NCBI GenBank assembly: GCA_002189035.1
Contig: NEEC01000002.1
Location: forward strand, 1,302,001 to 1,366,000
Reading direction: 5' to 3'
From: Utricularia gibba
Lineage: Eukaryota > Plantae > Magnoliophyta
Length of the DNA stretch: 64,000 bases
The translations under genes and the position numbers were made by a program. Of this stretch, positions 58,835-64,000 are shown piece by piece; position 1 is the first letter of the stretch, and each line of letters opens with the position of its first letter. The notes below the pieces were generated by a model. That model saw only the letters and a list, made by a program, of their open reading frames with translations, searched no databases and was not told where the DNA came from.

Positions 58835-60158
58835 ATGGATTATCGCCAAGAAAATGGATTTTCGGTTGGGAATGTTGTCCAAGTTCTTGGTGAGAACTCT
58901 ACAGAAAACTGGGGCGCTATTCCTGCGACTCGGGTTCCAGAATCTGACAAGGATTACGTTATGTGGAATGCTGATTCATCAATTAACAGCAATTTGACTC
59001 CGAATCATGAGGAGCGGAGCAGATCAGGAAGCGAGCCTCCAAACAAAAGATCAAGAAACTCAGTTTCAGGTGATTTGATTGCTTCTAACCGTGCCAAGGC
59101 AATTGGGAAGATGTTTTATAAGACCAAGTTATGCTGCAAGTTTCGAGCTGGAACATGCCCTTATGTAACCAACTGCAATTTTGCTCATAGTGTTGAAGAG
59201 TTAAGAAAACCTCCCCCTAATTGGCAGGAAATTGTAGCAGCACATGAGGAAGAAAGAACAGAGCCCAGGGAGGAATTTCAGATTCCTATCCTTGGTGTCA
59301 CTGATGAGCCTCACAGATCTCACAAAGGGAGGCACTGTAAGAAGTTCTATACTGATGAGGGATGCCCTTATGGCGATACTTGCACTTTCCTTCATGATGA
59401 ACAATCAAGAGCAAGAGAAAGTGTAGCAATAAGCTTGGGGCCAGGTAGTGGTGCGGGATATGGAACTGGTGGCAGTGAATCCACTTTAAAGCCTTCCAAT
59501 TGGAAAACAAGGATTTGTAACAAATGGGAGCTTACGGGGTATTGTCCCTTTGGTAGCAAGTGCCATTTTGCTCATGGATCTGCAGGTGCGACTGGTAGTA
59601 ATCTCAAGTTACAATCCCTCTTGTTTATTTTTATCTCCTGTTTCAGCAAACTGAGTTTCCTGTTTTCATGGTTTACGATGCGTTTCCCTTCCTTGTGATT
59701 ACAACATTGCATTCTGCTATGAGTTTATCGTGCATACACTTGAGACATTCTTTTCCAAGACATGGAAGTAGGATTACAAGTTAAAAACAAGTCCGGAGAA
59801 CATCAGCTTGTACCTTAATGCTTTGTATATGCAAGTTCCATTCTTTTCCAAGTTGTGGATTCATCTCGCATTAGAATTGCTTTTACTTGTGTCTTTAGCA
59901 GAACTGAATCGATCTGGCGGAGGGCCATCGGACCCGGATTTCACAGATGCAACTGCAAGTGCTGATGCCAAGCAAGGATCAGCAGCACCCATCAACTCTG
60001 TTGCTTCATCTGCCGCCAGTGTTCCTGATCTTGATGGCTATCGTATCGGAGCTGCATCACAACCGGTGATGCCGAAGACCGGCCTCCCAACTGCACAGAA
60101 ATGGAACGGTCCGAACAAGATTAGCAAGATATACGGTGACTGGATCGACGACCTCTAG
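58835..60158 (+). CDS. CCCH zinc-finger protein (three C3H fingers; C3H12/56-like)
   Basis: KTKLCCKFRAGTCPYVTNCNFAH, CKKFYTDEGCPYGDTCTFLH, KTRICNKWELTGYCPFGSKCHFAH; last exon ends KISKIYGDWIDDL*. Confidence 0.94.
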
Positions 60159-60566
60159 TTGGCAACTACCCAAACCACACCAGCACCGGAGCGTCTCTTA
60201 CATTCACCACAGAGCTTGAACGACCAGCAAAACGGTGTCGTTCCCGAATGGTTGCAGGTATGTCCTCAGCCACTGTTGTTGTACGGATATGTAGCTGTGT
60301 GCAATAAGCCATATATGAGCTTCAAACTCCTGTACTTTGAGCTTAGACTGGTCAGTGGAAGGTGGCGAACCCAGATTCAGATTCGGGTCGGGTCGGGTCG
60401 GTAAGATATATTTAAAAAATGGATATATGATCGCTGTCGTTGGGTAGGGGATCTAACCCAACTACCTTTAGCCGCCATTTAAAACGCTGAGGAAGGCTAG
60501 GCGTTGTTATTTAAAGGAGCAGCCGAGGGTGCTATTGAGAGCAGACTGGTTCAGAGGAAAATCGGA

Positions 60567-62460
60567 ATGGCGAGAAACGCCGAAGCAGGTGCCGGCTCGG
60601 CGAGCCGTTTTCCGTCGATCGAGAAGTGCGACGTCACCGGAGCTAACCGGAAATCGATAGCGGCCGACCTTGACGGTACTCTCCTTATCTCGCGCTCCTC
60701 GTTCCCTTACTTCATGCTGGTCGCGATCGAGGCTGGAAGCCTCCTCCGCGGCCTCGTACTCCTCCTGTCTTTCCCGCTCATCGCCGTCGCCTACATCTTC
60801 ATCTCCGAGGCGCTCGCCATTCAAATGCTCATCTACATCTCCTACGCCGGATTAAAGGTGCGTGACATTGAGCTTGCGTCGCGAGCGGTCCTGCCTCGAT
60901 TCTACGCCTCCGACGTCAGGGCTGAGAGCTACGAGGTGTTCCGGAAGTGCGATCGGAAGGTGATAGTCACCGCGAATCCGACCATTATGGTGGAGCCGTT
61001 TGTCAAGGACTTTCTAGGCTGCGATAAGGTGATTGGAACCGAGATCGAAGTAGATCCGAAGACCAGGAAAGCGACTGGTTTCGTCAAGAAACCGGGTGTT
61101 TTAGTAGGAAAATGGAAGAAACTGAACCTCCTCAAAGAATTCGGCGACGAAACACCGGAAATCGGCATCGGAGATCGTACATCAGATCACGATTTTATGT
61201 CCATTTGCAAGGTTAGTCCGTTCATTTTCAGTTTGAGAAAATTCACGGTTTATTCATCCTCTATTTCCTCTTTGTTGCGTTGCGCCGAGTGACACAGAAA
61301 AAGTCCATCTTCACATGGTCGCCTTTACTGAGGGAACCACAATTTATTGTAGTTGTTGGAATCTGCTGGCTGTAATTAATTCCTTGAGTTCCTTGGAAGG
61401 GGCCACTGCATTTACCCCCCTCACAGTTGGTTGGGATAATGGGAACTTTTCAATATTTACAGCTTCTACAGTACGTAGAGAATAATGTGAAATTTCCCAT
61501 CTGAGTGATGAATGCAGGGATTAGTCTTCATGTTTGTTTGGATGATGACAGCAACTGTGCTTATTTCACTGGTTCTTTCTTCATCAGGAGGGGTACATGG
61601 TGCTTCCTACCAAGGAAGCGAAGCCGGTCCCGTTGGACCAACTGAAAAGCCCGGTGATCTTCCACGACGGCCGTCTTGTTCAGATGCCGACGCCGATCAA
61701 CGCACTGATCACCTATATTTGGCTGCCATTTGCATTCCTGCTATCCCTATTCCGTGTCTACTTCAACCTTCCCCTCCCTGAACGCATCGTCCGCTACACC
61801 TATCCAATGCTAGGGATCAACCTTGTTATCAAAGGAACTCCGCCACCACCGCCGTCCCAGGGATCCCCGGGGAACCTCTACGTCTGCAACCACCGCACTG
61901 CTCTTGATCCTGTCGTCATTTCCATTGCTCTTGGCCGTAAAGCATCCTGCGTCACCTACAGCGTCAGTTGGCTTTCCCGCTTCCTGTCCCCAATTCCCGC
62001 CATAGCTCTCACTCGTGACCGTGAAAAAGATGCTGCAAGGATTAAGTCCCTCCTGGAGAAGGGGGAGCTCATCGTCTGCCCCGAGGGTACTACCTGCAGA
62101 GAGCCGTATCTACTGAGATTCAGCGCATTGTTTGCAGAGCTAAGCGACAGGATTGTCCCGGTGGCTGTAAACATCAAGCAGAGCATGTTCCATGGAACAA
62201 CAGTGCGTGGTGTCAAGTTCTGGGACGCATACTTCTACTTCATGAATCCACGGCCTACTTACGAGATCACATTCCTGGAGCGGCTGCCGGAGGAAATGAC
62301 CTGCGGTGCCGGAAAATCAGCCATCGAAGTAGCGAACCATGTGCAGAGGGTCCTTGCTGCTTCATTAGGATTCGAATGCACCCAGTTGACGAGGAAGGAT
62401 AAGTACATGCTTCTTGGTGGAAATGATGGTAAGGTGGAGTCCATGTACGGCAAAAAATGA
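60567..62460 (+). CDS. GPAT4: sn-2 glycerol-3-phosphate acyltransferase/phosphatase, GPAT4/8 clade (2 exons)
   Basis: HAD motif DLDGT and GDRTSD; [20 protein letters not shown]; exons 60567-61211 and ~61588-62460; C-terminal [13 protein letters not shown] typical of GPAT4/8. Confidence 0.95.
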
Positions 62461-62929
62461 AATGAAACTCTGCCCCCCTGCCCCCCTCTATGCTGCTGCT
62501 ATTGTTCTCCTGAGTTTTCTCCTATTCATCAGACCACCCCCAACGCATTACATGTTAAAGCATGAACAGCTTGGTGTTCCTTCTTGACGTTGGTTTGATC
62601 CAATTAGGACCTCTTCGCTTCGTTTCGAAACCATTACTTGGTACTTCCCCAAAATGCAAGAAATTTTCAACCTATGGCACATAATTCTCCAGTTCCTTCA
62701 TGGAAAACAGATCCAGGAGTTCTTAACTGCCAAGGAAATGTAGCCTGAAGAAGGATCAGGATATTAGGTACTACAGCTGCTGTTATTCATGAAATGCAAA
62801 TACATACAGGTGTCGGTCCCCTTAAGCAATAACATGTGTTTCCAACTTTATTCAACAACGATGCTGCTACTATTTAAAGGAAACTGCTAACCAACAAGTG
62901 ATCAGCCAGCCTCCTGCTGCAGGTAGGAG

Positions 62930-63762
62930 TTAATTTGCAGATGCGCCATCCTCCGGTGGTGCGTCGGTGGCCGCGACGCCATCTGCCAAGAAAGCTGAGG
63001 GAATGAGACCGTGTTACATTTCTTCAAGTTTTTGAACTTCATAAGGCGATTCCGGTGTGAACGAATTCTCCATTGGTAATCAAATGCATTGATTCATGAA
63101 ACTTAAAAGCTTCAGAGATCTAGCAAACCTTCATCTCCTGATGGTGCGTAATGAGATTTACGGTATCTTGTTTGCTGCCGTGTTGGCTGGAAAATATTTC
63201 ACGGGAAACAACATATAAACAAGCCATCAACAGAATATGGCAACAAGAAGATACAGAAAGGGCGTGCTCTAGCTGGCCTACCTGTAACTTGGGTCTGAGA
63301 GCCTCCAGAGGTCCTTTAGGCTTTTCTACTCCTTGCTGAAGGCATGGAATATGGATTAAAAGGAATATCATGACCTCGAAACCCACATATATATACGCAG
63401 ACAGACCTTTCCCAGTGCCCAGTCAGCAGAATCAAAATAGGCGCGTTCATGATCCTGAAAAGAAATGGAAGTTCTTGGCATATAAGGCGTTCATGATCCT
63501 GAAGATAAGTTCTGTTACCTTTGATATCAGTGGTGGCTTTTTCGGCATTAATCCTCCATACTTCTTCTTCACTACTTCTTCCTGAAAGCCAGGAAAACCG
63601 ATAATCTTGGTGAAACATGGGAGAATAGTTAGTAGCAAGGAAGAACTAAAAAGCCCAAGATGTGAACACTACTTCCTGCTTAGTTAACTGTTCAGCCTTC
63701 TCAGCATCCTCCATGGCAACTTCCACTGCTTCTTCTTGTTTGATATCGTCAGAGCTCGACAT
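62930..63762 (-). CDS. ENSA: Endosulfine / cAMP-regulated phosphoprotein 19-related protein (6 small exons)
   Basis: KKKYGGLMPKKPPLISK|DHERAYFDSADWALGK|QGVEKPKGPLEALRPKLQ|PTRQQTRYRKS. Confidence 0.93.
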
Positions 63763-64000
63763 ATAAATGCCACAAGCAAACCAAATGGATTCACTGGAAA
63801 AAGCAAGGACAGTAAGCAGATGAGTATTCTGACATACAAGAAACTGATTTCCAACCTTTCTCAGCATCACAGACTGGGAAATTTTGTCAAGTTACGCCAA
63901 GGAACAAACACAAAAAAAAAAAAGAAAAGAAAATGAGAGGTTCTTAATGTGAATCTACTCCAAGATTTTCAGCAATCAAAGACACTAATCCCTCAGCAAC

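Noticed and set aside
60361-60470. CGGGT repeats and a small hairpin as a MITE
   Set aside because: No matching terminal inverted repeats or TSD found; similar short motifs at ~31900 and ~41860 do not extend into alignable copies.
1-64000. rRNA, tRNA, CRISPR arrays, conserved miRNA hairpins
   Set aside because: No tRNA A/B-box cloverleaf, rRNA motifs or repeat-spacer arrays were seen, and I recognised no conserved miRNA mature sequence by eye. An Rfam or tRNAscan run would be needed for certainty.

Overview
Eukaryotic nuclear DNA from a very gene-dense flowering plant (eudicot; the compact introns and intergenic spaces suggest a miniaturised genome, an inference only). I can support 24 host protein-coding genes, one pseudogene and one full-length but degenerate Ty1/copia LTR retrotransposon (17405-22367; ~250-bp LTRs, tRNA-iMet PBS, CCGGC target-site duplication). 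Genes in order: HOS15 (runs off the left edge), WPP-domain, DREB-A5/EAR repressor, RER1, COR27-like, WEB family, Sec14/CRAL-TRIO, UBC16/18, COPA, CGI-58/ABHD5, GASA, TFIIS-N protein, uncharacterised membrane protein, GOS12, GAE, tRNA 2'-phosphotransferase, an uncharacterised zinc-finger-like protein, SYT7/CLB1, GA20ox, VCCN/bestrophin, a small coiled-coil protein, CCCH zinc finger, GPAT4/8 and endosulfine. No rRNA, tRNA or CRISPR features were found. Best leads: (1) the intronless 47.1-49.1 kb gene appears to join an integrase-type H2C2 zinc finger to a FAR1/WRKY-GCM1-type zinc finger with no catalytic core, a candidate domesticated-transposon transcription factor; (2) the copia element sits inside a deletion-riddled plastid LON-N-domain pseudogene; (3) an unannotated three-exon minigene candidate at 57992-58304; (4) at least six -1 frameshifts at G/C runs in otherwise intact genes, most likely a systematic consensus error. 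All homology calls are from motif recognition and memory, not database searches.
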